Part shown: piece by piece, positions 9,094 to 18,082 of the stretch
Position numbering within the stretch: the first letter of the stretch is position 1
How the letters are laid out: every line of letters begins with the position of its first letter
Made by a program: the position numbers and the translations under genes
From: Thermoplasmata archaeon
GTDB taxonomy: Archaea; Thermoplasmatota; Thermoplasmata; Halarchaeoplasmatales; Halarchaeoplasmataceae
Assembly (NCBI GenBank): GCA_046538435.1
Contig: JBKHIX010000002.1
Span: 1-42,039, forward strand
Reading direction: 5' to 3'
Length of the DNA stretch: 42,039 nt
Notes under the pieces: model-generated
The model's input: the letters and a program-made list of their open reading frames with translations, nothing else
Told to the model about the DNA's origin: nothing
Database searches by the model: none

Positions 9094-9699
9094 ATGAGCA
9101 GGATGTCTTTCTATCTTAAGGAAAGGGTCGAAGAAGTAAAGAAAAGGTATGAGTTAGATAGACAGGTGAGTAAAAAGCTCCCAAAGCGTGAAAAAATAAT
9201 TATATCTTGGATAACTATATTGATATTTTGGATAATAGTCAGTGGTGATTTAACATGGCCCAATCTGATAATTGGTGGTTCAGTCGCTTTTATAATCGCT
9301 TCTTTCATGTATGAAAACCTTACAGATGACCTGAGGTGTGAAGGAACACTCATCAAAAAGATTGTAAATCTTCTATTAGTTCAGGTCCCACAATACGTAT
9401 TCATAATGGCCTTTCAGGTTATAGAAAGTAATGTTAGGGTGGCTAAACATGCAATATTTATGGACATAGATCCTGGGATAATAAAAATAGATACAGACCT
9501 AAAATCAGATACTGGTACAACATTGATGGCTAATTCGATCACTTTAACACCAGGCACACTGACTATTGACCTGGATAAGAAGCTAGACAAAACACATCTT
9601 TATGTTCATTGGATCAATCTCAAAACTCTAAATGCAGAAAAGGCAGGTGATGAAATAAAAGGAGATGTAGAAAGATGGTTGAAGAAAATATTCTGGTAA
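9094..9699 (+). CDS. mrpE: Mrp/Mnh antiporter subunit E (MbhA-like)
   Basis: 201 aa. MANSITLTPGTLTIDLD ... LYVHWI is typical of MnhE. Confidence 0.8.
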   Translation: MSRMSFYLKERVEEVKKRYELDRQVSKKLPKREKIIISWITILIFWIIVSGDLTWPNLIIGGSVAFIIASFMYENLTDDLRCEGTLIKKIVNLLLVQVPQYVFIMAFQVIESNVRVAKHAIFMDIDPGIIKIDTDLKSDTGTTLMANSITLTPGTLTIDLDKKLDKTHLYVHWINLKTLNAEKAGDEIKGDVERWLKKIFW

Positions 9700-9956
9700 G
9701 TCCTCTAGGTTTGACTGTATTGGTCCTTCTATTGACAAGTTTTATTTTGATCTATAGAGTGATTGTTGGACCAACCTTACCTGATAGAGTAGTAGGTTTC
9801 AACACAATAACCACCAAGATGGTTGTGGTAATCGCCGTGTTATCCGTATTACTGAGAGAGTTTTATCTATTAGACCTTGCTATTGTGTTATTGATGGTGA
9901 ACGGAGTAGCTAATCTGATCTTATCTAAACATCTAGAGAAGGAGGGGGCAAGATGA
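9675..9956 (+). CDS. mrpF: Mrp/Mnh antiporter subunit F (MbhB-like)
   Basis: 93 aa, 3 TM. IYRVIVGPTLPDRVVGFNTI matches the MrpF RxxxGPxxxDR motif. Confidence 0.8.
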   Translation: MVEENILVSPLGLTVLVLLLTSFILIYRVIVGPTLPDRVVGFNTITTKMVVVIAVLSVLLREFYLLDLAIVLLMVNGVANLILSKHLEKEGAR

Positions 9957-10270
9957 TAGTAGAATACTTATTGTTATTACTTGGAACATCGATAATGATA
10001 TTCGGTATGATAGGAATACTTAGATTCCCTGATCTATATACAAGACTCCATGCTGCTACGAAATGCGACACAGGTGGGGCGATGAGTATCCTGCTCGCGG
10101 CTGCATTGCTTGTAGACGCTCCTTTAACTATCAAGATTAAATTCTTGATCCTCATGTTCCTGATATTTATGATAAACCCTATGATATCCCACGCTTTGGC
10201 AAGAGGAAGCCATAAAGTAGGGGTCAAACCACAGGTGGAGGTGGATATGTATGCTAGGGATAATCCATGA
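9953..10270 (+). CDS. mrpG: Mrp/Mnh antiporter subunit G (MbhC-like)
   Basis: 105 aa. GILRFPDLYTRLHAATKCDTGG is the MnhG signature. ATGA overlap with mrpF. Confidence 0.85.
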   Translation: MIVEYLLLLLGTSIMIFGMIGILRFPDLYTRLHAATKCDTGGAMSILLAAALLVDAPLTIKIKFLILMFLIFMINPMISHALARGSHKVGVKPQVEVDMYARDNP

Positions 10271-10493
10271 AATAATCCTCATAGCCATGATTATTTTAGC
10301 CCTGATTATTGTGGAGGAGGATGAATTATTAAACGCTGTAGTTGAGCTGGCTTTGCTCAGCACTTTCCTAATAGTAGTGATGTTTCTTCTTCAGGCACCA
10401 GATGTGGCCCTTTCAGCGGCAGTGGTAGGTGCTTTATTGATAGGTGCTTTCATCTACACGATCGAGGGGGTGAAAAAATCAAAAAAAGGATAG
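10251..10493 (+). CDS. MbhD-like / DUF4040 small membrane subunit (equivalent to part of the MrpA C-terminus)
   Basis: 80 aa. LLQAPDVALSAAVVGALL matches the APDVALTEA-type DUF4040 motif. Confidence 0.65.
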   Translation: MLGIIHEIILIAMIILALIIVEEDELLNAVVELALLSTFLIVVMFLLQAPDVALSAAVVGALLIGAFIYTIEGVKKSKKG

Positions 10494-10726
10494 TGGCATT
10501 AATTTTGGTTTTGATACTGGCTTCTATACTACTACCTCTCGATTATTCTAGACAAAGAAGTGACAGCTATGATCATTATGTGAATAACTGGGAGGATATA
10601 GGTATAAGTAACTTAGTGGCGGCTGTACTAGCAGACTGGAGAGCATATGATACTTTAGGTGAAACAGTAGTTTTATTCACAGCAGTTTACGGTGTTTACA
10701 TCATACTTGGGGGTGAAAAAGAATGA
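10493..10726 (+). CDS. MbhE-like small membrane subunit (MnhB-related N-terminal piece)
   Basis: 77 aa. GTG start overlapping the previous stop by 1 nt. NLVAAVLADWRAYDTLGETVVLF matches the MnhB-family xRxxDTLGE motif. Confidence 0.6.
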   Translation: MALILVLILASILLPLDYSRQRSDSYDHYVNNWEDIGISNLVAAVLADWRAYDTLGETVVLFTAVYGVYIILGGEKE

Positions 10727-11145
10727 GGATGTCTTCTATCGTTCGTAACAGCTCAAAATTGGTTTCACCCTTTTTAGTCGCTTACGCTACCTATATGATC
10801 GTGAACGGTCATATAACTCCTGGAGGAGGTTTTCAAGGAGGTGTAATTTTAGCTGTAAGCGTAATTCTGTTGATCACATCTCATGGTTACAAAGCAGTTC
10901 AGGAGACTTTCAGCGTTAGACTGGTAAAATCGCTAGAGAGCCAATCGCTGTTGTTAATAATTATTATGTCTATAATCGGTCTAGCGTTTGGATCGTACTT
11001 CTTTAATTTTTTGAGAGGAGGAGAACCAGGCACGCTTTTCAGCGGTGGAACAGTGGTTATCTTCAATATACTGATAGGTCTTGAAGTTGGAGCAGCGTTC
11101 ACGTTATTATTCTACATGTTATTGAGGTGGACAGAAATTGATTGA
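10723..11145 (+). CDS. mrpB: Mrp/Mnh antiporter subunit B core (MbhF-like)
   Basis: 140 aa. HITPGGGFQGGVILAVS motif. ATGA overlap with the preceding ORF. Confidence 0.8.
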   Translation: MRMSSIVRNSSKLVSPFLVAYATYMIVNGHITPGGGFQGGVILAVSVILLITSHGYKAVQETFSVRLVKSLESQSLLLIIIMSIIGLAFGSYFFNFLRGGEPGTLFSGGTVVIFNILIGLEVGAAFTLLFYMLLRWTEID

Positions 11146-11455
11146 ATCGATAACTGGTGGTTACTTAAATGCACAGTTAGCTGGCATTATCCTTCTCTTG
11201 ATAGGACTGTATGGTTTGATTACTAACCGTAATCTGATAAAACAGGTCATTTCAATCAATGTTTTATCCACTGGTGTGTTCCTTTTCTTTACAAGCTTGG
11301 GACATGTAGCAGGGAAAAGTGCACCTCTTATAATCCACGACAGCATGGTCGATCCTCTTCCAGCCACGTTGATGTTGACCACATTGGTTATTGATGTTGC
11401 TGAGACAGCTTTTGCATTGGTCTTAATACTGAGGATGAAGGGTGAAAAAGAATGA
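11138..11455 (+). CDS. mrpC: Mrp/Mnh antiporter subunit C (NuoK-like, MbhG-like)
   Basis: 105 aa. TTG start preceded by GAGGTGG at 11124-11130. LIGLYGLITNRNLIKQVISINVL is typical of MnhC/NuoK. Confidence 0.8.
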   Translation: MIESITGGYLNAQLAGIILLLIGLYGLITNRNLIKQVISINVLSTGVFLFFTSLGHVAGKSAPLIIHDSMVDPLPATLMLTTLVIDVAETAFALVLILRMKGEKE

Positions 11456-12999
11456 TACCTCTCATCGTAACATTACCTCTGTCATTCGCATTTCTCGGCA
11501 TGCTCTCTACAGCTTTTAAAAAACTCGAAAGATTCATTGAAGTATTTTTCGTGTTAGGAATATTTTCACCATGGCCAATATTCATTCTCAATGTGAATGA
11601 TTATCCAATTGAAACCGTCATAGGTGGATGGTCTAGAATATCAGGGATAGAAGTGGGAATAGACAGCATCAATCATTTCTTGATACTTGCAACCCTGATC
11701 GTATTTTCAATGGTAGGGATATACTGCCTATCTTATTTCAGCAAAAATCCCGAAAAAAATGAACCGATAACAAATAAATCGATGTTTCCTCTCATACTTT
11801 TAGTGTATGGTGGACTACTAGGATGCTTCCTAACTAGAGATCTATTCAACTTTTATATTTATATGGAAATTGCGTCGGTATCATCGGTCATCATGGTATC
11901 ATGTTCAAATGAAGAAGGTTCAAAACAGGCAGCTTACAGGTATTTGATCCTTTTTTTCCTTTCTTCATTCATGTTTATTTTCTCAATTGGTATAATCTAT
12001 ACAAATACGGGAACTTTAAACTTCCATTTAATAAAAGAAAATATGGTGATGACAACAGAGATGAAAGTGGCTATATCGATGGCTTTTGTTTCTTTCATCA
12101 CTAAAGCAGGTATATTTCCAATCTATTTTTGGCTACCTGAAGCCCATTCAAAAGCAGAAACACCTATAAGTGCTATTTTATCCGGCTTAACAGTAAAAGT
12201 TCCTGTTTTTGGAATGGTGCTTTTCATGTTGTATATGGATATTGAATTCCTAACTCTACCACTTTTGATAATTGCTTTTTCATCGATTCTGTTTGGCGTT
12301 GTTTTAGCCATTCTTCAGAAAAATGTTAAGAAAATATTGGCATATTCGACTGTTTCACAAATGGGTTTTATTCTATTAGCTATCGCAACTTTGAACGCCG
12401 CCGCTGCGGTTCATTATGCTTTTGCACATGCGTTGTTTAAATCAGGACTGTTTCTGGGTATAGGAGTGTTGATTTCCAGGCATGGAACAAAAAATCTCGA
12501 CAGACTTTCCTGTAAAAGAGACAGTTTATTGATGTTATCGATTATTATCCTCACATTAGCCATTGGGGGTGTGTCACCACTAATAGGTGCCTTCGGAAAA
12601 AACGAAATTCTCTCAGAACTCTCAGGATTTGGAGTTTACTTATTTTATATAGGTTCCATAGGTACCCTGACCTACTTCATCAATCTAAATTACGGGCTGT
12701 TAAACTTAAAAAGCCTGGGAAAACAATTCCCTAATTTAGAAGGGATGGTAACCTTTATAACAGCAATATTGACAGTTGCTTTTGGTTTGTATTATTACCC
12801 AAAACTGAAATTAATGGATCTGGTTCTTATAGGAATTTCTTTCCTTACATTTGCCGTATTAAAATGGGTTAAAGTATTTGAATGGAAATCGCCAACATAC
12901 TTTTCAAAAGATGTAAAAGGTTTAGGTGGTGAGATAAACTTCTACACGTCAGTCTTCGTTTTAGTGAATATAATATTTCTAGTTTATTTTCTTTATTGA
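11452..12999 (+). CDS. mrpD: Mrp/Mnh antiporter subunit D, copy 1 (NuoN/M-like antiporter subunit, MbhH-like)
   Basis: 515 aa, polytopic. FWLPEAHSKAETPISAILSG and AYSTVSQMGF are typical of the Proton_antipo_M family. ATGA overlap with mrpC. Confidence 0.9.
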   Translation: MIPLIVTLPLSFAFLGMLSTAFKKLERFIEVFFVLGIFSPWPIFILNVNDYPIETVIGGWSRISGIEVGIDSINHFLILATLIVFSMVGIYCLSYFSKNPEKNEPITNKSMFPLILLVYGGLLGCFLTRDLFNFYIYMEIASVSSVIMVSCSNEEGSKQAAYRYLILFFLSSFMFIFSIGIIYTNTGTLNFHLIKENMVMTTEMKVAISMAFVSFITKAGIFPIYFWLPEAHSKAETPISAILSGLTVKVPVFGMVLFMLYMDIEFLTLPLLIIAFSSILFGVVLAILQKNVKKILAYSTVSQMGFILLAIATLNAAAAVHYAFAHALFKSGLFLGIGVLISRHGTKNLDRLSCKRDSLLMLSIIILTLAIGGVSPLIGAFGKNEILSELSGFGVYLFYIGSIGTLTYFINLNYGLLNLKSLGKQFPNLEGMVTFITAILTVAFGLYYYPKLKLMDLVLIGISFLTFAVLKWVKVFEWKSPTYFSKDVKGLGGEINFYTSVFVLVNIIFLVYFLY

Positions 13000-13107
13000 T
13001 AATCTAAGACCTAGATTAATAAAAATTAGTATTAAAGTTATATATCATATTACCACTATCCAAAATTACATGACGGTCGAAATTATTATAATAAAAGGTG
13101 ATAAGAA

Positions 13108-14658
13108 TTGATCCCTTTAATCGTAGTTTTGCCTTTATTCTTTGCCTTTACATGTATGCTTTCTATGGGCATTAGAAAGCTTAAAGGATATACTAAATTT
13201 TTTTTCCTGATGGGGATATTTTCACCATGGCCTATCTTCTTAATTAATGCTAGTGATTATCCTATAGAAACAGTCATAGGTGGATGGTCCAGAATATCAG
13301 GCGTAGAAGTAGGGATAAACAGCATTAACCTTTTCTTGATCCTTGCAGCCCTGATCGTATTTTCCATGGTGGGGGTATACAGTCTTTCATATTTCAGTAA
13401 AAATACTGATAATACTGATTTATTTAAAAACAGATCAATACTACCGCTTATTCTTCTAGCATATGGTGGGATACTCGGATGCTTCATGACTAGAGATCTT
13501 TTCAATTTCTTTATTTATACTGAGATCGCATCTTTATCCTCGATCATAATGGTTGCATGTTCAAGAGAAAAAGGTTCTAAGAAAGCTGCTTACAGATATT
13601 TGATAATGTTTCTCCTATCCACTTTCTTTTTTACTTTCTCCATTGGAATAATTTACCTCAATACTGGAACACTCAATTTTAACTTAATAAAGGAAAATAT
13701 GGTGATGACAACAGAAATGAAAGTGGCGATATCTATAGCCTTTGTTTCTTTTATCACCAAGGCTGGAATTTTTCCTATTTATTTCTGGCTTCCTGAGGCT
13801 TATTCTAAAGCTGATGCTCCGATCAGCGCTATATTAGCAGGTTTGGGTGAAAAAGTACCTATATTTGGGATGATCCTGTTTCTTTTGTATACCGATATCG
13901 AGTTTTTAACTCTTCCTTTGATGGTAGTGGCATTCTCTTCCATATTCTTTGGAATAATAATGGCCATTCTTCAGAAAAATGTTAAAAAGATACTCGCGTA
14001 CTCGACCATATCTCAACTTGGATTTATCTTATTGGCCATCGCAACTTTGAATGCTGCTGCAGCTGTTCATTATGCCTTTGCTCATGCTTTATTCAAGTCG
14101 GGATTATTCCTTGGCACAGGGATTTTGATTACTAGATATGGTACTAAAAATATTGATAGACTATCGTATAAAAACGATAAGATATTGATGCTGTCGATAA
14201 TCATATTGACCCTAGCTATAGGAGGTGTTTCACCATTTATAGGTGCTTTTGGAAAAAGTGGAATCCTATCTGAACTATCTGGTATTGAAGTTTATCTGTT
14301 TTATGCAGGTTCTATTGGTACCCTTACGTACTTTATTAATTTAAACTACAATCTGTTCTCTCTAAAGAATATTGTTAGTCCTCAAAAATATACTGTTGAA
14401 AAGGTTGTTACTTTTATAATATCTTTACTCACAATAGCCTTTGGTTTATATTATTATCCAAACTTGAAAATTATGGATGTTATACTTATCGGTACAGCCT
14501 TATCTATCTTTTACATATTTAAGCAGATAAATTTATTTGAAAGTAAATTACCAGAATATTTTTCTAGAGATTCAAGGGGGTTAGGTGTTGAGATAAACTT
14601 CTACACATCTATATTTCTTCTGATGAACATACTGTTCTTAATCTACAGTCTTTACTGA
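13108..14658 (+). CDS. mrpD: Mrp/Mnh antiporter subunit D, copy 2 (tandem paralogue)
   Basis: 516 aa. TTG start preceded by AGGTGA at 13096-13101. The N-terminus (M)IPLIV is identical to copy 1, which validates the TTG start. Long peptide blocks are shared with copy 1. Confidence 0.9.
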   Translation: MIPLIVVLPLFFAFTCMLSMGIRKLKGYTKFFFLMGIFSPWPIFLINASDYPIETVIGGWSRISGVEVGINSINLFLILAALIVFSMVGVYSLSYFSKNTDNTDLFKNRSILPLILLAYGGILGCFMTRDLFNFFIYTEIASLSSIIMVACSREKGSKKAAYRYLIMFLLSTFFFTFSIGIIYLNTGTLNFNLIKENMVMTTEMKVAISIAFVSFITKAGIFPIYFWLPEAYSKADAPISAILAGLGEKVPIFGMILFLLYTDIEFLTLPLMVVAFSSIFFGIIMAILQKNVKKILAYSTISQLGFILLAIATLNAAAAVHYAFAHALFKSGLFLGTGILITRYGTKNIDRLSYKNDKILMLSIIILTLAIGGVSPFIGAFGKSGILSELSGIEVYLFYAGSIGTLTYFINLNYNLFSLKNIVSPQKYTVEKVVTFIISLLTIAFGLYYYPNLKIMDVILIGTALSIFYIFKQINLFESKLPEYFSRDSRGLGVEINFYTSIFLLMNILFLIYSLY

Positions 14659-15042
14659 TATTTCCAGGACATCATCTCTTCTAGAAATCCTTTCTTTCAG
14701 TTTATCCAAGCTAACATCCATATTACTGCAATCGAGTACTAAAATCAAGATAGCTTCTCCTGAACTTATCTCCTCGCTCTCGTTGAACTGTATGTTGACA
14801 TCGTGTTTAGCGAATACACCACTGATAGCTGAAAGTACTCCCGGTTCGTCCTTAACAACAAGCTCCACTTCTACAAGGTTCTTACCGGGTAATGCTATCT
14901 GTTCAAGTCTAGCTTCTTTCATCTCAGGGCTTATCTCCAGAAGAAAATAAGATCCTTTAACTACTCCTATCTCATAGGATGCCTCTTGAGGAAATTCCAC
15001 GACACCATCTTTATCGATTTTTATGATTTCATAATGCGTCAT
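14638..15042 (-). CDS. Small AbrB/SpoVT-like + ACT domain protein
   Basis: The N-terminus KIDKDGVVEFPQEASYEIGVVKGSYFLLEI looks like a swapped-hairpin barrel. The C-terminus VELVVKDEPGVLSAISGVFAKHDVNIQFNES is ACT-like. I chose the ATG at 15042; the track uses a TTG at 15054. The 3' end overlaps mrpD copy 2 by 21 nt (convergent). Confidence 0.55.
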   Translation of the reverse strand: MTHYEIIKIDKDGVVEFPQEASYEIGVVKGSYFLLEISPEMKEARLEQIALPGKNLVEVELVVKDEPGVLSAISGVFAKHDVNIQFNESEEISSGEAILILVLDCSNMDVSLDKLKERISRRDDVLEISVKTVD

Positions 15043-15174
15043 TGCATATAACAAATGTATTATTGATTTATAAACACATTGGTTTATTTAGTTCATAAAT
15101 AATTATAAAAAACTATGACTTTGATATTAAAACATGAAGTATAAATAAACTATAATTCATGTTTATGCTGATTT

Positions 15175-16848
15175 ATGATTCAAGATATAGAAAGCATTCG
15201 ACTCTTAGTCGATATTACGATAATGTTGTTTGGGGCCCTCGTATTTGGTTATATCGTCTCTAAGCTTAAACAACCAGTTATCCTAGGTTATCTTTTTGCA
15301 GGGATAATCATCGGTCCTTTTGCGCTCGGATTGATAGGAAAAGTAGAAGATGTTCATACATTATCTCAGATCGGTGTAACTCTTCTTTTGTTCGTGGTGG
15401 GTCTTGAATTTTCACCCAAAACCTTGAAGAAAATTTGGAAGATATCGGTGATTGGTGGAATATTAGAGATGACATTCGTTTTCTTTTTGGGTTTTGGAGT
15501 GGGTATGCTTTTTAACTTGGGTATTGTCCAGTCTGTCTTCCTAGGTTCAATACTTTCTATAAGCAGTACCATTGTAGTAATACGTGTTCTACAGAATTTA
15601 GGTGAGGAAAAAGAACTTGCAGGAAGGATTATGATAGGTCTATTGATAGTCCAAGATATAGGAGTTATTGTTTTCGTTACAGTTTTATCAAATGTTTTCA
15701 TAGTGGAAGGAAATAACTTTTTAGATTATATCATACCAATAGCCTATAACCTAGCCTATGTAATATTAATACTTTTGATAGGTAGGTTAGCCCTACCAAA
15801 AATATTGAGTTATGTGGGTAAATTGGAAAATAAAGGTCTATTTTTGGTGACTATATTGGTAATTAGTCTAGGTACAGCTTCTTTTGCATATATGCTAGGG
15901 ATACCGTTGGCTTTGGGTGCATTTCTAGCTGGCCTTGTCCTTGCTGAGAGTGAATATGGATTGGAAATAGTTAATAAAATAAGACCTATAAGAGACATTT
16001 TTGTAATACTATTTTTTGTTTCTATAGGTATGTCACTAAATATTTTCTTGCTTGGTGGCAACATGTTATTGTTGTCAGCGATAGTATTGACAATGGTGAT
16101 AGGTAAGTTCGTTATACTTTCATTATCTTCTAAAGTATTTGGTTATACTACAAAAACAGCGCTTAAAGTTGGATTAGGGATGATACAGATAGGAGAGTTC
16201 TCTTTCATAATGGCAGAATTAGGGTACCTAAACGACCTGATATCCCATGAATTATACTCCTATGTTATTACAACTGCAATGATAACGATAATCATCACCC
16301 CATATTCGATAATGAATAGTGATAAAATATACAAATGGCTTAGACAGTTTGAATATCTCTCAAAGTTTATAAATAAAATATTTCCGGAGGCAAAAGAAAA
16401 AATAGAGTTCGACAAAAAAGAAGATATCGAAGATCATGCAGTTCTTATCGGTTATGGAACCGTAGGACATCTTACTGTCGATACAATTTTACCATACAGA
16501 AAACCATTCGTAGTAATCGATCATGATCCAAAAAAGATGGATATTTTAGATGAGCTAAATTTTCCATATATATATGGGGATGCGACTAGTTCACATATAT
16601 TGGAAAGAGCAAACATCAAAAATGCAAAGTTGGCGGTAGTTACTATCCCTGGTGAAAGAGATGTTAAGACGATCGTAGACATAGTTAGAAACATTAATCC
16701 CGACTGTGAAATAATCGCTAGAGTTCATTCAAAAAATCTAAAAAAAGATATCGAAGATAAAGTTGATCATATCATCTATCCAGAAGTACTTGGAAGCAAA
16801 GCTGTTGCGAAAGTTGTTGAAAATCATATTCAAAAGAACAACAATTAG
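15175..16848 (+). CDS. kefB: Kef-type monovalent cation:proton antiporter (CPA2) with C-terminal TrkA-N/RCK domain
   Basis: 557 aa. About 12 TM, with GYLFAGIIIGPFALG and EFSPK motifs. The C-terminal Rossmann segment is AVLIGYGTVGHL. Confidence 0.88.
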   Translation: MIQDIESIRLLVDITIMLFGALVFGYIVSKLKQPVILGYLFAGIIIGPFALGLIGKVEDVHTLSQIGVTLLLFVVGLEFSPKTLKKIWKISVIGGILEMTFVFFLGFGVGMLFNLGIVQSVFLGSILSISSTIVVIRVLQNLGEEKELAGRIMIGLLIVQDIGVIVFVTVLSNVFIVEGNNFLDYIIPIAYNLAYVILILLIGRLALPKILSYVGKLENKGLFLVTILVISLGTASFAYMLGIPLALGAFLAGLVLAESEYGLEIVNKIRPIRDIFVILFFVSIGMSLNIFLLGGNMLLLSAIVLTMVIGKFVILSLSSKVFGYTTKTALKVGLGMIQIGEFSFIMAELGYLNDLISHELYSYVITTAMITIIITPYSIMNSDKIYKWLRQFEYLSKFINKIFPEAKEKIEFDKKEDIEDHAVLIGYGTVGHLTVDTILPYRKPFVVIDHDPKKMDILDELNFPYIYGDATSSHILERANIKNAKLAVVTIPGERDVKTIVDIVRNINPDCEIIARVHSKNLKKDIEDKVDHIIYPEVLGSKAVAKVVENHIQKNNN

Positions 16849-16920
16849 GTAAAAACATGACTTTTAACCAGAAATCTTTTTAGTATCTCTTATTTCTTAT
16901 TCTCTAAATAGGTGTTTATC

Positions 16921-18075
16921 ATGGATTATATTTACCTCGACGATGCAGCGACTACTAAGGTTGATGATCGTGTAAAAAAAGCTATGGATGAATATTATGA
17001 TAAGAAATATGGGAATCCATCCAGCCTTCATAGGATGGGAAAGGAAGCTAAGAAGGCTATGAAAAACGCTAGAGAAAGAACTGCCAACCTAATGGGTGCT
17101 GATATTGATGAGATAATATTCACCTCGGGAGGAACAGAGGCAGATAATCTAGCTATAAAAGGTGCTGTTGAGAAGTCTGAAGGAAATCATATCATCACCA
17201 CTGAGATAGAACATGCTGCAGTGTACAATACATGTAAGTATCTGGAAGGGAAAGGTTATGATGTAACGTATCTGGGGGTAGATGAGGATGGACTCGTAGA
17301 CGTGGATGAGTTTGAAGAAGCTTTCTGTGATGATACTGTCATTGCAAGCATAATGTACGCAAACAACGAGATTGGAACAGTAGAACCAATAGAAGAACTA
17401 GCAGAGATAGCTGATGAAAATGATGTATTGTTTCATACCGATGCTGTTCAGGCTGTCGGTAAGCTTCCGATCGATGTGAAAGAAGAAAAGATAGACATGC
17501 TATCGTTATCCGCTCATAAATTGCATGGACCTAAAGGTGTTGGCGCTCTTTATTTGTCTGATGATGTAGATATCGAGCCTATCATACATGGAGGTGGCCA
17601 TGAAAACGGTTACAGGTCAGGTACTGAGAACGTCAGCGGTATAGTCGGTTTAGGTAAAGCATGTGAGATCGCTGAAGATGAGATGGATGATTACGTTCCT
17701 AGGATGACCAGATTGAGAGATAAATTGATAGACAATATATTGAATGAAATTGATGAGGCTTATCTAAACGGTCATCGAGAGAAAAGATTACCAAATAACG
17801 CTAATTTTTACTTCAAAGCAGCTGAAGGTGAAGCGATAGTTTTACATCTCGATTCGAAAGGTATCGCTGCATCTACCGGTTCTGCTTGCTCATCTAAATC
17901 CTTGAAGGCTTCTAGGACCTCACTGGCTACAGGACTGGATGAACAGTATGCTCATTGTTCTTTGAGACTTACGCTGAGCAGATATACTGAAGAAGATGAG
18001 ATTGATAAAACAATAGAAGTTGTACCTGAAGTTATAGCAAATCTAAGAGATATGTCACCTTTATGGGATAGGTAG
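16921..18075 (+). CDS. Cysteine desulfurase (NifS/IscS-like, class V aminotransferase)
   Basis: YLDDAATT, a PLP-lysine motif SAHKLHGPKGVGALY, and an active-site loop TGSACSS. I prefer the ATG at 16921 to the GTG at 16912. Confidence 0.92.
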   Translation: MDYIYLDDAATTKVDDRVKKAMDEYYDKKYGNPSSLHRMGKEAKKAMKNARERTANLMGADIDEIIFTSGGTEADNLAIKGAVEKSEGNHIITTEIEHAAVYNTCKYLEGKGYDVTYLGVDEDGLVDVDEFEEAFCDDTVIASIMYANNEIGTVEPIEELAEIADENDVLFHTDAVQAVGKLPIDVKEEKIDMLSLSAHKLHGPKGVGALYLSDDVDIEPIIHGGGHENGYRSGTENVSGIVGLGKACEIAEDEMDDYVPRMTRLRDKLIDNILNEIDEAYLNGHREKRLPNNANFYFKAAEGEAIVLHLDSKGIAASTGSACSSKSLKASRTSLATGLDEQYAHCSLRLTLSRYTEEDEIDKTIEVVPEVIANLRDMSPLWDR

Positions 18076-18082
18076 TTTTGAG

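Noticed and set aside
13000-13107. Possible small gene or RNA in the spacer between the two mrpD copies.
   Set aside because: There is no ORF with a start context. Only a 7-bp A/T-rich hairpin and promoter/SD-like sequence are present, so I treat it as regulatory spacer.
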